Shown piece after piece: positions 21,184-32,477 of a stretch of DNA of 64,000 nucleotides; positions within the stretch are counted from its first letter, which is position 1; each line of letters opens with the position of its first letter. Both the position numbers and the translations under genes were made by a program. The stretch is from a virus. The DNA is taken from IMG/VR virus record IMGVR_UViG_3300006802_000089, positions 10,398-74,397 of that record; one strand, written 5' to 3'. The notes under the pieces were generated by a model that searched no databases, was not told the DNA's origin, and worked only from the letters and a program-made list of their open reading frames with translations.

Positions 21184-22737
21184 TTATAGTTTGTTTAAAA
21201 TTGTCAATGGTTTAGTTTTACCGTCGGCTCTTTGGAAATAAAATTTATTATCAGCTGGATTTAAAATAATTTTTTCATATTTATTCTCCGCCTCTGTGGC
21301 CCCTTTTTTCTGTAAAAATCTTAATTCTTTAGTAGTTGGATCTAATGTTATACGAGCTTTATAATCGTCGGAGTCAACCGCTTCTTTTGCGTTTGCTAAC
21401 ATGTCTAAATACACTGCATCGGACCAAGTACCATCATCCTTTTTCAGGAACTCTTTTCCGCTGATATAATACTTAGAATATTCTAATTTTACATTTCCTT
21501 GTGCATCAACCATTGCTATTGGGCCGGATAGCTTCTCATTTGCATTGTAAAATTGTATATTTCCACTGCCATCATCATCCCACCACTGCGTTTTCCGTTC
21601 TATCCCATTCACATAGTTAGTTTTTCGATACACGGATCCATTTTTATTAAAACCAATTTCTTCGCCTTCTTTTTTGTCATTCACATAGTAGCGCTTTTTG
21701 AAAACAGTGCCATCCGAATGGTACTCTATTTCTTCACCTTCTCGTTTTCCATCTACATAATTTCTAATAAATTCTTCTTGTCCAGATGCATAATACTCTA
21801 TTTCTTCACCTTGTAGTATACCATCTACATAGTTTCTGACTGCTTTTTTTGTTTCATTCGAGTAATAATCTGTTTCTATACCTTCTCGTTTACCATTCTT
21901 AACATTGGTTTTCCTGATAATCGTTCCATGCTCACCACGTGTATATGCTGTACCGTTAAATAATTCATCATTTAATTTTAACGTGCCGTCTTCGTCAGTA
22001 AGATCTGACATTGCAACTACTTTATCTTCTGCATCTATAGGTTTTAAACGATTTACAATAGCAACTTGTATTTTCGACAATAACGTCTTAATGTCTTGTT
22101 CAAGAAGTTCAATTTCTTTTATGCGTTCATCATATGATTGTTTAGTCATGAACAAAGAAGATCCGATTACAAATTCATTGGATCTCGGACGCATTCCAGA
22201 TTTAGTTTTTACAGCAACCTGTACAGTTTCAAACGTTTGTACATAACTCTGCCATCCTTGCTGTAGCGCTGCATTCTGTTGTTCATATGACTGTATTGTT
22301 TGTGCGTCGACATCTCGTGTTCCATTTTCAGCATAGTATGCTATATCAGCTTGCAATTGCTTTTGTTGAGTAATTAACGTGTTATATGCCGCTAAAATTG
22401 ATTCTGCTGCCGGAATAATAATAACATCTATTTTTCTGTCGGTAAATGGAACTGTTGCTATGTATACATATGTTCCGTCTGCATACTCGCCGGATGTACC
22501 ATACGTTTCATTGTCTTTTATCGAAGCGATATTTTGCTGCATCGTGCGATTTTTCTGAAATATAGTAAATCCTTGAATATCAATATAATTAACGTTGTAT
22601 ACATCTGCATATTTTTTTTGTTTATTAAGCAGTTGTGTAGATTCCCATCCGGTTAGTTTATATTTTTCGGTGCCTCCTTGCTCAAATAAATTTTCAAGAA
22701 TTATTTGTTCTAACAATATATTATTATCAAATTTCAT
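21184..22737 (-). CDS. MORN-variant repeat protein
   Basis: About four to five repeats of NYVDGKREGEEIEYY.SG. Confidence 0.8.
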   Translation of the reverse strand: MKFDNNILLEQIILENLFEQGGTEKYKLTGWESTQLLNKQKKYADVYNVNYIDIQGFTIFQKNRTMQQNIASIKDNETYGTSGEYADGTYVYIATVPFTDRKIDVIIIPAAESILAAYNTLITQQKQLQADIAYYAENGTRDVDAQTIQSYEQQNAALQQGWQSYVQTFETVQVAVKTKSGMRPRSNEFVIGSSLFMTKQSYDERIKEIELLEQDIKTLLSKIQVAIVNRLKPIDAEDKVVAMSDLTDEDGTLKLNDELFNGTAYTRGEHGTIIRKTNVKNGKREGIETDYYSNETKKAVRNYVDGILQGEEIEYYASGQEEFIRNYVDGKREGEEIEYHSDGTVFKKRYYVNDKKEGEEIGFNKNGSVYRKTNYVNGIERKTQWWDDDGSGNIQFYNANEKLSGPIAMVDAQGNVKLEYSKYYISGKEFLKKDDGTWSDAVYLDMLANAKEAVDSDDYKARITLDPTTKELRFLQKKGATEAENKYEKIILNPADNKFYFQRADGKTKPLTILNKL

Positions 22738-22759
22738 CGTGTATCTTTATATATAAATA

Positions 22760-23302
22760 TTACCAATCTATCATCACTAAATTACCATTCCATGTCATTA
22801 TGTTGTCTGGACGAAAGTCTATATCTAATTCAAATTCCGGCACACCTGTTTTCTGCACATCTGATTCCAATGCATTAACAAAATTAATAATTTTCACGTC
22901 CGTATCTGCAACCACATCCGTTTTAGCAAAATCAAAAACGCTCTGCTCTCCGCCGGTATCTCTTTGCCAACGTTTATATGCATTAAAAAACTGATCAAGT
23001 TGTTGTCGCATAGAACCAGGTAAATCCGAAGCTCGACTCATTATATACATGCGCTGATTGTCATTATAGTAAACAGGAATAAAAGTTGAAAATTCTGCGT
23101 GTCGACCAGTTATAATTTCAGCAACACGGAATTCATCTAGTTCTGTAGTTATTTTAAACAGATAGTCTGTTCCGTTAATTTCATAGATACGACCATTGTC
23201 TCCTTTATTAAAAAACTTGAATTGTTTTTCTTTGATTAAATCCAATAATCGTTCTATCTCACTTTCCGGAGTTTCACGTAATATGTGTGACATTCGTATC
23301 AT
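22760..23302 (-). CDS. Protein kinase-like fold protein
   Basis: KGDNGRIY Gly-loop, LFKIT, helix-C Glu, DFRPDNIM catalytic loop, VMID. Confidence 0.7.
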   Translation of the reverse strand: MIRMSHILRETPESEIERLLDLIKEKQFKFFNKGDNGRIYEINGTDYLFKITTELDEFRVAEIITGRHAEFSTFIPVYYNDNQRMYIMSRASDLPGSMRQQLDQFFNAYKRWQRDTGGEQSVFDFAKTDVVADTDVKIINFVNALESDVQKTGVPEFELDIDFRPDNIMTWNGNLVMIDW

Positions 23303-24924
23303 AAGTTAGGCAAATCCTTATCTAAATCTACACGAACTAAAAAGTTGATATCAACATCTTCTCGTTTTTTAATTGGTTGTGCTAGTTTTGCAACAGCAAT
23401 CATTTCATTGCGATCATTATATAAACCTATAGTTGTGATGTATGGTTGAAAATCACTACCAGTTGCAAACGAAGCTATAGTAATGTCATCGTCTAGCAGT
23501 GTAGTAGGATTAGAAGAAACGTTTAAAGAACCTCTCGGAGCTCGTACAATTACTCCTAACTCGTAAATCGTCATGGTACTTTTGTAACTTGCGGTGTAAG
23601 CCGAATCTAAAACATAACGATATCGATAATCTATGCTAGATAAAACTGCTATTCCTTGTTTTTCAAAAACATTGCCAACATGATTGGTTTGAATGAATCC
23701 CATGGTAGACTCATTACGATCATTTAATGCACTTATATTGCTAGTTGTAAGTGACTGGTTAAATATTCTAATTTCATCCAGATATCCGGTTAAATTAAAA
23801 CTATTACTGTTATAACCACCAATATACACATCATCTGTGTTATTTATAAAAGCACTTGCCGATAATGGATTAGAAACAGGTGTTAACAGACTGCTTGTTA
23901 CTACACTTTCCAACGCACCATCCAAATACAACTGCAAATAACTACCAGATTTATTCAGAACAACATGAGTCCAATCTGTTACTGTAACAGAACTAGTTAC
24001 TTGTGCGATAAAATTAGAAGCACCTGCGGCACTTGCTACGATTTGATTGCTACCACTTAATTCTATTTTGAACGGATACTGTGTGATAGATCCTGATGCT
24101 GCTTTACCGATTATGAGCTGATTGTCTGATCCAGCATTAGAAGCTGAAACAAACAAAGATACTGCATAATTGTTATCTCGATCATACAATCCCGGTACCG
24201 TTTTTCTGATATATCCGCTGCCATTAAAATATGCAGATAATCCTATACTTTCAGATAATCCTGTGTTAGTAGGAACTCCGTTAGCAAATGTTAATCCGGA
24301 TATTTCATAATCAATTCTGCTAGTATCAAAATATTCATTGAATCCTTCGTAATATTTAACGCCAGATACTATAGATGCAGTATCATAAGCAACATCATAT
24401 AAATTGCCATATCTGTCAGCTTGTATGTTAAAATCTGCAACTCCGAATCCATATATACCCGATCCATAAACTGCAGCTCCATATACTCCAGCAGTTAAAA
24501 AATCTCCTTGTATATTAAAAGAAGCTGGTTTTATTCCTTCGCCTATTCTTGGTTGTGGAATTGAAAAAACAGATGCAGATTTAAACAATATCTTTGTAGT
24601 TCGTTCTGCATTGTTTTGTCCGAAAGTATTGTATGGCTCGTCTGCTCTTCGATAAAATAAATGATCTAAAGAATCGTATATAATAAACTGATAAGATCCA
24701 TTTGGGTTAGTAGCATCATTAAACGGCACACTACTGCTTATTGCTGGTAATCCATCTACATGTATCGCACGTAAAGGAGTTACATAACTTGAATCACTAC
24801 CAGAATAAAAAGTCCAAGTACGATATGCCTTAAACGGATTAACAGTAACATCCGATTGCCGTACTCGATTATACGGCGTTGCAAATGTTCTGTCAATTGT
24901 TTCTAATAGATTTATTGTAGACAT
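23299..24924 (-). CDS. Tail/baseplate protein with a LamG-like domain and a tail-collar-like C-terminus
   Basis: WTHVV...LYLDG...YIGG...GYLDEIRIFN; YITTIGLYN...AVAKL. Confidence 0.75.
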   Translation of the reverse strand: MSTINLLETIDRTFATPYNRVRQSDVTVNPFKAYRTWTFYSGSDSSYVTPLRAIHVDGLPAISSSVPFNDATNPNGSYQFIIYDSLDHLFYRRADEPYNTFGQNNAERTTKILFKSASVFSIPQPRIGEGIKPASFNIQGDFLTAGVYGAAVYGSGIYGFGVADFNIQADRYGNLYDVAYDTASIVSGVKYYEGFNEYFDTSRIDYEISGLTFANGVPTNTGLSESIGLSAYFNGSGYIRKTVPGLYDRDNNYAVSLFVSASNAGSDNQLIIGKAASGSITQYPFKIELSGSNQIVASAAGASNFIAQVTSSVTVTDWTHVVLNKSGSYLQLYLDGALESVVTSSLLTPVSNPLSASAFINNTDDVYIGGYNSNSFNLTGYLDEIRIFNQSLTTSNISALNDRNESTMGFIQTNHVGNVFEKQGIAVLSSIDYRYRYVLDSAYTASYKSTMTIYELGVIVRAPRGSLNVSSNPTTLLDDDITIASFATGSDFQPYITTIGLYNDRNEMIAVAKLAQPIKKREDVDINFLVRVDLDKDLPNL

Positions 24925-24984
24925 AGTAAAAACCCGTTACACTTTATTATAAATATAACGGGTTCAAATTGTGATGTTATTTTT

Positions 24985-26136
24985 TTAGTAATCTAATTTA
25001 ACACGAATCAATTGCTCTCTTGCAAAGTTTTTAAGAAGTGGCTTACTCATTTTTGCAACTGCTAACAATTCATTTTTCTCATTATACAATCCTACGGTTG
25101 TGATATAAGATTGCGGATTTCCGATAAATGTGCTTTGCGCAAGTAATCCGTCAGAACCGGTTGTGTAAGAAGGATTGTTTGAGAAATTGTACTGGCCGTT
25201 TTTAACTCGTACAAAATAATTAGCACTAGTTATTTGTTGTGAATTTCGAGCTTGGAATCCGGTTGCAGAACCAGAAATAGAATGGAACAATGCAAAATGA
25301 TTGCTACCTTCTGAATCTGACGTTGTATTAGTACTGAAATTCAATTGTTGATCCAACATTTTTCCGTCTAACACCATTACTCCATAATCTGGATAAAATA
25401 ATCCGTAATAAACCGGAGCTGATGCATTAAAGACACCATTAGCTAATGAGCCAGATACAATATTATATACACGTCCAGATACTCCTACCGTTGCACTAGC
25501 AATTGACGAGTCATCGATCAATGTAATAGATCCGCTATCTGCAGTTACTGTTACAGAACCAGTAGCATTTGTATCTCGTACGTCAATACCTATTAATGGT
25601 AATTCAAAGTTTCCTTCATCTAATCTTTCTTTTACTCTGTTACGTTTAACATTGATAACATAGATTGAATCAGTACTACCAGATCCTGCAGTAACAAATC
25701 TAGATGCTCCTTTTTCTAGTAGTAAATTTTTATATTGTGCATAAATTGCTTTTGACGCTGGATTTTCTTCTGTTCCTAAATCAGATGATCCAGATCCTAA
25801 TGCATGACCATATGCTGCAGCAAATTGAACTGCAGAACCATCGCTGCTAGGAGCATCATCGTAAATGTCGACATAATAACGTCGTTGTGATGTTGTCTGG
25901 GCCGAAGCTGTAAAAAATGTTGTTAAACTACCTACATTGCCTGACCATAATCCTGCAGTCACTGTTTGTTTGCTGTTAGTAACTACGTCATCGGGAGAAA
26001 ATACAGTATATGTATCTGTAGATACTTGTGATGCTAATAAATCAGCTAACGAATTAGTGTTTGTTATTATATTATTAGGATCGGCTATTCGGCCTTGTCT
26101 AGGAAGTTGTTTTAATTTTGAAATCAATGTTTTCAT
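24985..26136 (-). CDS. Tail/baseplate structural protein (C-terminus paralogous to 23299..24924)
   Basis: YITTVGLYNEKNELLAVAK...RVKLD. Confidence 0.7.
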   Translation of the reverse strand: MKTLISKLKQLPRQGRIADPNNIITNTNSLADLLASQVSTDTYTVFSPDDVVTNSKQTVTAGLWSGNVGSLTTFFTASAQTTSQRRYYVDIYDDAPSSDGSAVQFAAAYGHALGSGSSDLGTEENPASKAIYAQYKNLLLEKGASRFVTAGSGSTDSIYVINVKRNRVKERLDEGNFELPLIGIDVRDTNATGSVTVTADSGSITLIDDSSIASATVGVSGRVYNIVSGSLANGVFNASAPVYYGLFYPDYGVMVLDGKMLDQQLNFSTNTTSDSEGSNHFALFHSISGSATGFQARNSQQITSANYFVRVKNGQYNFSNNPSYTTGSDGLLAQSTFIGNPQSYITTVGLYNEKNELLAVAKMSKPLLKNFAREQLIRVKLDY

Positions 26137-26158
26137 ATTTTATTTATTTTTATACGTC

Positions 26159-26794
26159 TTAACTTTGTACAGTAACAACTGTTGCTGGGTTAATCACTAA
26201 ATTAATAGTAGCAGAACCTCCGGTTTCATTACCTATTATAGTAATAGTAGTAGTTTTAGTAGTATTTACTTGTTTTCCAGTTACTTTAAATGCAAATCCT
26301 ACTAATGCAACACTTTGTGCATCCTGATTAACACCCAATTGTGTCGGAGCAATGTTTCCTGCTACTGGTTGGGTTACTTCTAATGTTGCTATGCTAGAAT
26401 TTCCTAGAATTGCAGTATAACCAAAATTAACATTTCCATTCAATGTTGTATTAGGCGTAATATCCGCGGTAGCATTTGGGTTTAATACTATACTAGGGTT
26501 ACCAACACTAACAACAGGAATATACGTGCTTTGTTTCGGTAGTGTAATAAGTTTATATCGAAGAGCTTGTGTTTCATCAGGAACAGCTTCAGTAATAGGC
26601 ATATTCTCTATCAAAGTACCGTAATAGTCAGTACCTAACGGATGTTCCGGATTCCATAAATTATAATCAACTTCATCATCCCCTAATGCAAATTGCACTA
26701 TGTTAAAAGATCCATCTCCTCGTGACAGAAGTTCTCTTCCTTTTAATGTTAAAATAGCATCTACCGTAATAGAACTGTTATCTAAATATCCCAT
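26159..26794 (-). CDS. Tail/baseplate structural protein
   Basis: ILTLKGRELL...QFALGDDEVDY, resembling a tail-collar N-terminus; Ig-like C-terminus. Confidence 0.65.
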   Translation of the reverse strand: MGYLDNSSITVDAILTLKGRELLSRGDGSFNIVQFALGDDEVDYNLWNPEHPLGTDYYGTLIENMPITEAVPDETQALRYKLITLPKQSTYIPVVSVGNPSIVLNPNATADITPNTTLNGNVNFGYTAILGNSSIATLEVTQPVAGNIAPTQLGVNQDAQSVALVGFAFKVTGKQVNTTKTTTITIIGNETGGSATINLVINPATVVTVQS

Positions 26795-26844
26795 ATTCTT
26801 TTCTTTTTATATAAATATATACATGTTTAATTTATTGATTCATA

Positions 26845-29800
26845 TTAACTAGCGCTAGTAGCAGGTCCAGAATTACTAAAGTTTCCTGTAGTCTGATTAT
26901 TAGTAACATTTATAACCTGATTAGGATTTGTAATAGTAGTTTCAACCGGTGGTCCGCCGTCTATGGTATCTTCCGAAGGTATATTAATATCCGGACTCGT
27001 TACTTGTGTTCCATCGTAAAATGAATTATTCATACCATCAGGTAAATAATCTTGTGTATCTGCTGGATTTCCTGCAGGATCTTCAGAATATTCTGATGGA
27101 GTAGATGATTGTGCCGGTGGTATATAAGGTTCATTCGTATTTAATGCATCTTCAATAGCTTCAATCAATCCGTCTATATCTTCATACTCTCCTGATAATG
27201 AATCATCATTAATCACATTTATAACACCATCTAAATCTTCATACTCGCCTGAAACGTTAGTTCCATCATCTGTTAAATCAATTTCAGCTTCATACGTAAA
27301 TGTTTCACGTTCTATAGTAGGTAAAGCAGTGTCTTTGCTACGTTCTAGCAAATTAGGTTGAACTAGAATACCTGTTAAACGATCTACGCGGGCTGGTAAT
27401 AGCTGATTTAATTGTTGAAAGAACGATAAATCATACAAAGTGAATATGCTAATATACGCATTAATATCATTGCTTTGTTCGTATTTCTTCCAGTAATCTA
27501 CTGCAAATTGTGTTAAACGAGGATATGAATATTGTTCAGTATTTCCCGGATCTCCGATATAATCATCTAACACAGTAAATCCTAATTGTGCAATGATATC
27601 TTCATCTATCATTGTTTGTGGAGAAAAATATACTCCTAGTTTTTTACTGTCTATCGGCGCATCATCCGTAGTGCTACGTGTTGCTCTGGTTATTACATCT
27701 AAACTTCCAACTAGTTCATTATCCGTTAAACGTATTTTGTTGTCATCATAAGTGCCGGCAGCAATTGATATGCCATCATAATAATATGTTTCTTCTAAAG
27801 AGTCATAAGGAGTGTCAGTGCTCCAACCTGCAAAAGAAGCCGATATTCCAGACAGATTAGGTTCTACTCCAGATAAACTTGCAGTATCAGTATGATTGAT
27901 TTTTTGTGATAACGGAGTTCTGAATACTAATTCATCATATGCATCCGTATTACCGTCATATGCAGCAGGAGCTTTAGTATGATTTTCAAATGGATCATCT
28001 TGTAATGATGTGTTCCATAATCTTAATTCTTGCACTTGTCCTTGCAAACGAACAGCTCCTGTGCTAGTTCCTCCTATTACCAATGTTCCTGGGTCTGTGA
28101 TAGATGCGGTAGCACTTGCAGAAGTTTCTGCAACAATTTTTCCGTATTTAGAACGTTTTGCTACTACTTCTAACAAACTTCCATTTGTTCTTAGAACCGT
28201 GTTCAACCAACCGCCATCAAACATTTCAATTGCAGCCGACGCAGTTCCGTTAATAAGTATGCTACCATATGTGCCGCTCTGGAAATCTATAGTTACATCA
28301 TTGCCGTCAATTGTATACAAATGCATAGTTCCTGGCAGTGTTGGATTTTCTAAAACGTCATCTGTACGGAAACGAAGTTCTACACTGTTAACAGTTTCGT
28401 CATAATTTACAGTTACTGTTCCTGCAGCATTATTAATTAAATCTAATGCATAATCAAAATTTAATTTTTCATACACAGGTCGCCGTGTGTTTCTTGGACC
28501 TCCATATTCTTTAATAGTTATAAGAGTTTGTGGTATTCCGTAACATGCTAATAAAGATTGTATGCTTCGTTTAGTACCTTTAGATTTAAGTAATCCAGGA
28601 ATATTATTTACGATTCGACGCCATGTTGAAAATGTTAAATCTTGTGTAGGTGTTCCGGTACCGGTAACAGAATTTGAACCGGTATTTGGAGTTCCTGCCT
28701 CGTCTGTTCCGAGCAAATAACTCCAAAGTTCTTCTCCTTGTTTACCATCAATCAGATTCCATCCAAACTGTTTTGCTACTGAATATAATAATTCATTTGG
28801 CATACCAAGTTTAGGATTTTCTTCTCGTTCATGTATTTTAGACATATAATTAATATACGTGTAAAGTATATCATAATGTTGTCCTAACATGTTAACAAAT
28901 GTAATACCATTAACGTTTAATTCATTGAATCTGATATGTTCCGGCAATGCAGTTGCTAATGCATTTTCATTGAATGAATCATAATCTTGTGCGTATGATA
29001 TTAAAGAATTGTACCATTCTGTAAATTGACTGCTAGATACTGCTGCTAATGTATAAGGCTTCGAAGAATTAGTTTTCGGAGCTGGCGCAATATAACTTCC
29101 GGTAACTTGTGGTACTGTTGCATTTGGTCTTGGATATGGATTACTGTAATATACCGATGATGACTCATAGTATAAAAACTTTTCAAAATTATCAAATCCA
29201 CTAATTACAGCTGTTCGTTCTGATTCAAAATCAGATGCATTAGTTGTAGCTACACTTCCACTCAATTGAGATACAGCTGCAGCTTGCGATGTATAAAATT
29301 CTAATAATTCTAATTTGTATTTGAAATTTTCAACTCGTTCAGTTGCTGAACTATAAAATATAAAATTATTAAAATCAGTGTAATCAATATTCAGTTTAAC
29401 ACCTTGTAAACTTCCAGAAAAATATGCATCTATAATTTGTTGAGAAGTCTGTAATCCAGATCCTAAAATTTGTGTCCAGTTTCGGTATTCTGTAGGTGTA
29501 GATAAATTAGCATCTGATATCGCATCCCAATTGGGTCCTGCTAACTGATTAAAGGTAACAACTTGTGACTCCGGACGAATTGATATCTTGTCAATATATG
29601 GCTGTTTTCGTTCTTCCACTACCCATAAACGGAAATCTTTTTCAATTTCATCATCTAACGGGTCAAACAATTTCACATATAAAAATTCTCCTACTACAAC
29701 ACTGTTAACAAAATGTGCTATTTTATTACGGCTGAAGTTTAATAAGAATGTTCGATGCGGAAATGGAGTTTGAAAAAATCCAACTGAATCACTTACATTG

Positions 29801-30312
29801 GTTTGTGCATTTGAATTTTGAAATTGTTCTGCGAAATCTGCCAATTGTTGCAATGCATTAGTATTAGTTGCATCAATCAACCGAAGTTTTAATTCCGTGC
29901 GATCTGGAGATATATCTTCTATTTTTAAATATTGTTCGTCATAACTACCAATTAAATTCTTGAAGAAGTTTAATGCAATTCGATAATTACCAAGATTAAC
30001 TCCTAAAGATTCAAATTGTTGATATATATCAATTGAAACAGGTTGATTCAGTGTAATCTGTGTGCCGGTAGAATCAAAATATGAATTAGTAGGCACATGT
30101 TGTACTTGATGATTACCAGTTATCCAAGTTTCTCCGGAATATATATGAAGTTCTGTACGATAATCGGTATTTTGCAATGCTACTCCAGAATCTCCGGTAT
30201 AGCTATAATAGTTAGTTTCAAATAAATTTAACAGTGTTTGTGGATATCGTTGAGCAGATACCGCACCTTGTGCTGCTAAAATTTGTTCGATATTTTTATA
30301 TTGTGATAACAT
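26845..30312 (-). CDS. Large baseplate wedge protein (gp7-like) with a LamG-like domain
   Basis: AKQFGW...LLKSKGTKRSI...YGIP...IKEYGG; position in the baseplate cluster. Confidence 0.65.
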   Translation of the reverse strand: MLSQYKNIEQILAAQGAVSAQRYPQTLLNLFETNYYSYTGDSGVALQNTDYRTELHIYSGETWITGNHQVQHVPTNSYFDSTGTQITLNQPVSIDIYQQFESLGVNLGNYRIALNFFKNLIGSYDEQYLKIEDISPDRTELKLRLIDATNTNALQQLADFAEQFQNSNAQTNVSDSVGFFQTPFPHRTFLLNFSRNKIAHFVNSVVVGEFLYVKLFDPLDDEIEKDFRLWVVEERKQPYIDKISIRPESQVVTFNQLAGPNWDAISDANLSTPTEYRNWTQILGSGLQTSQQIIDAYFSGSLQGVKLNIDYTDFNNFIFYSSATERVENFKYKLELLEFYTSQAAAVSQLSGSVATTNASDFESERTAVISGFDNFEKFLYYESSSVYYSNPYPRPNATVPQVTGSYIAPAPKTNSSKPYTLAAVSSSQFTEWYNSLISYAQDYDSFNENALATALPEHIRFNELNVNGITFVNMLGQHYDILYTYINYMSKIHEREENPKLGMPNELLYSVAKQFGWNLIDGKQGEELWSYLLGTDEAGTPNTGSNSVTGTGTPTQDLTFSTWRRIVNNIPGLLKSKGTKRSIQSLLACYGIPQTLITIKEYGGPRNTRRPVYEKLNFDYALDLINNAAGTVTVNYDETVNSVELRFRTDDVLENPTLPGTMHLYTIDGNDVTIDFQSGTYGSILINGTASAAIEMFDGGWLNTVLRTNGSLLEVVAKRSKYGKIVAETSASATASITDPGTLVIGGTSTGAVRLQGQVQELRLWNTSLQDDPFENHTKAPAAYDGNTDAYDELVFRTPLSQKINHTDTASLSGVEPNLSGISASFAGWSTDTPYDSLEETYYYDGISIAAGTYDDNKIRLTDNELVGSLDVITRATRSTTDDAPIDSKKLGVYFSPQTMIDEDIIAQLGFTVLDDYIGDPGNTEQYSYPRLTQFAVDYWKKYEQSNDINAYISIFTLYDLSFFQQLNQLLPARVDRLTGILVQPNLLERSKDTALPTIERETFTYEAEIDLTDDGTNVSGEYEDLDGVINVINDDSLSGEYEDIDGLIEAIEDALNTNEPYIPPAQSSTPSEYSEDPAGNPADTQDYLPDGMNNSFYDGTQVTSPDINIPSEDTIDGGPPVETTITNPNQVINVTNNQTTGNFSNSGPATSAS

Positions 30313-31313
30313 TAATTTCCTACTTGTCCACCTTGATTTCCTCCACCAGGATTACTAGGAGGTGTTCCGCCGGTTGTCCCTACGGTTGGAGTAGATGAAG
30401 TGTTATTAGAATTAGGCGGAGTTGTTCCTGTTGCAAAAGTATTATTATCGACTTGAATTGATCCTGTAAATCCTCCAAATAATTCGATATTTTGAGTAGC
30501 ATCTGTAGTTGACCAAGTAGTAAATTCACGTAATATAACATGATCAGCTACGCCAGCATCATATACTCCAGCTAAAGCTGCAATTTGAAAACTGTCTGTA
30601 GATTCAAAATTAGAATTTGGAATTGTTACATCAAAATATGTTTCCCTGATTGTTCCTTCGTCTACCGATACAAAATTATTATCGGGACTTATTTCTATAA
30701 ATTCTCCATTTACAAATTGTGTAGATCCATTACGTTTTAGTATAAAAAATCGTATTCCACTCGAAGAATTCGAATTTGAACTATTTACATATCGGTGTCT
30801 AATTCGTCCTTGCATTCTTAAGTCGTTACCACTTTGTTTTATTACATCAGAAATATAATATTGATTAGTAAAAACTTGCGGTAAGCCTTGTTGTACTATA
30901 TCCATTAATATACCAGTTGAAATTTGTTCAGATTCAATTGTATAATTAGCACTCGGAACATATTGTGCTGTTATAGGATCTATAATATCATCCAAATTGA
31001 ATTCAATATCTGGTACCGCAATATTTTTTGCAGCAAATTTAAAGTATTTAAAACGAGTATCAATGTTACGTACTACACTACGATTAACATAAAACAATGA
31101 CATTGCTTCTAATACTAAATTCTGATTGTCTTCCGATCCTTGATTTATTATGATGTTGCCATTATCATCGCGTTCTACAAAATCTGCATTATTAGATTGA
31201 TATGTCAATCCGTTATCAACATAAGGTTGTGCTGCCGGCGGATATGGCTGTTGAGTTGGAGCAACATTTCCTCCGGGTGTTATAATAGGTGGTAAATTTG
31301 TAGATGCTGGCAT
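30312..31313 (-). CDS. Baseplate-cluster structural protein
   Basis: ORF track and gene context. Confidence 0.55.
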   Translation of the reverse strand: MPASTNLPPIITPGGNVAPTQQPYPPAAQPYVDNGLTYQSNNADFVERDDNGNIIINQGSEDNQNLVLEAMSLFYVNRSVVRNIDTRFKYFKFAAKNIAVPDIEFNLDDIIDPITAQYVPSANYTIESEQISTGILMDIVQQGLPQVFTNQYYISDVIKQSGNDLRMQGRIRHRYVNSSNSNSSSGIRFFILKRNGSTQFVNGEFIEISPDNNFVSVDEGTIRETYFDVTIPNSNFESTDSFQIAALAGVYDAGVADHVILREFTTWSTTDATQNIELFGGFTGSIQVDNNTFATGTTPPNSNNTSSTPTVGTTGGTPPSNPGGGNQGGQVGN

Positions 31314-32467
31314 TATCTAATAACTTTAAAATAATATTCATCGTCAATGCGTTGTTCAGTGAATCCATCTACAATTTTAAATTCTAAACGATAATATCGC
31401 TCAGGCATAAAACTATTCATGTCAATGTAAATGAAGTTACTTGTTTCATCGCAACTAACTTTATTATAAATATTATCAAAAGGAATTATGACTTCATCTG
31501 TGTTAGCATCCAATATAGAGTAATATGTAGTCGTTGGAAAACGTTTTACCGTTTGCAAAGGATATAAATTTGTAGGAGATTTTCTTGGATATCTGTCTCG
31601 GCCGTACAATCTAACTTTTACTATATCCGTATCTCGGTATTCTGCTTTGAGTTTAGTATACATTGAAAATGATTCTAAATCTACTTCTGGCAAAGTGTTA
31701 TCATAAGTAGAATTGTCCCAATACATCACAAGTTTAGGCACATATATAGTATGTGTTTCTCGACTAAAAAATCTGATATATCCTTGTTTGTTGTTATCTG
31801 CTTCATCTGCCTCAGAAAATTTAAGCAAAAATCCGTTGTTTTCTACTTCATTTAAATTAGAGCCAGATATCCACAAACGAACAGCTTCTGTAACATCCAT
31901 GTTAATATCTGTTGGACGATATAAAAATGATTCTGATTCATCCAAACCCGGCTGATAAAAATATGAACTATTAAAAGAAGATGTATTAAATATACCAGAT
32001 CCGCTCTGATACAACCAACTACCTCCTTCTCCAGATCCAGATATATAAAGACTTGTTCCGGGTATATTGATTTGCTGCGAACTAGATATCCATGCAGATC
32101 CACTGAGTGGTTGGTCCCACGCAATACCGTTTGTTACTATTGGATTAGAATTTTCAAATCCGGTACCATTAATCCATTCTTGTCCAACTACTAATGCATC
32201 AATAGTATAATCTGCCGGTAAATTTTTTGCATGTGTTGTAAATAATTGTAAAACAAATTTACACTGATTAATATCTGCACTATACTTTGATAAAGCCGCT
32301 GTTATTTCAGACATATCAAATTTTACAACAGATCTAGATTTTTCTAATGTTTCTCCATCTGTTGCTAAGCGCTTACCTACTTCTAGTATTTCATCTATAC
32401 CGGTATTACGGGTTGGTGATGATTCATATAAAGTAGCATCTGATTCTGCGTAAAATATTCTAAACAT
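31313..32467 (-). CDS. Baseplate-cluster structural protein (DNRLRE-like beta-sandwich)
   Basis: DATLYE...SRSVVKFD...NNGFLLK...FFSRET...PKL. Confidence 0.55.
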   Translation of the reverse strand: MFRIFYAESDATLYESSPTRNTGIDEILEVGKRLATDGETLEKSRSVVKFDMSEITAALSKYSADINQCKFVLQLFTTHAKNLPADYTIDALVVGQEWINGTGFENSNPIVTNGIAWDQPLSGSAWISSSQQINIPGTSLYISGSGEGGSWLYQSGSGIFNTSSFNSSYFYQPGLDESESFLYRPTDINMDVTEAVRLWISGSNLNEVENNGFLLKFSEADEADNNKQGYIRFFSRETHTIYVPKLVMYWDNSTYDNTLPEVDLESFSMYTKLKAEYRDTDIVKVRLYGRDRYPRKSPTNLYPLQTVKRFPTTTYYSILDANTDEVIIPFDNIYNKVSCDETSNFIYIDMNSFMPERYYRLEFKIVDGFTEQRIDDEYYFKVIR

Positions 32468-32477
32468 GTTTTATCTT

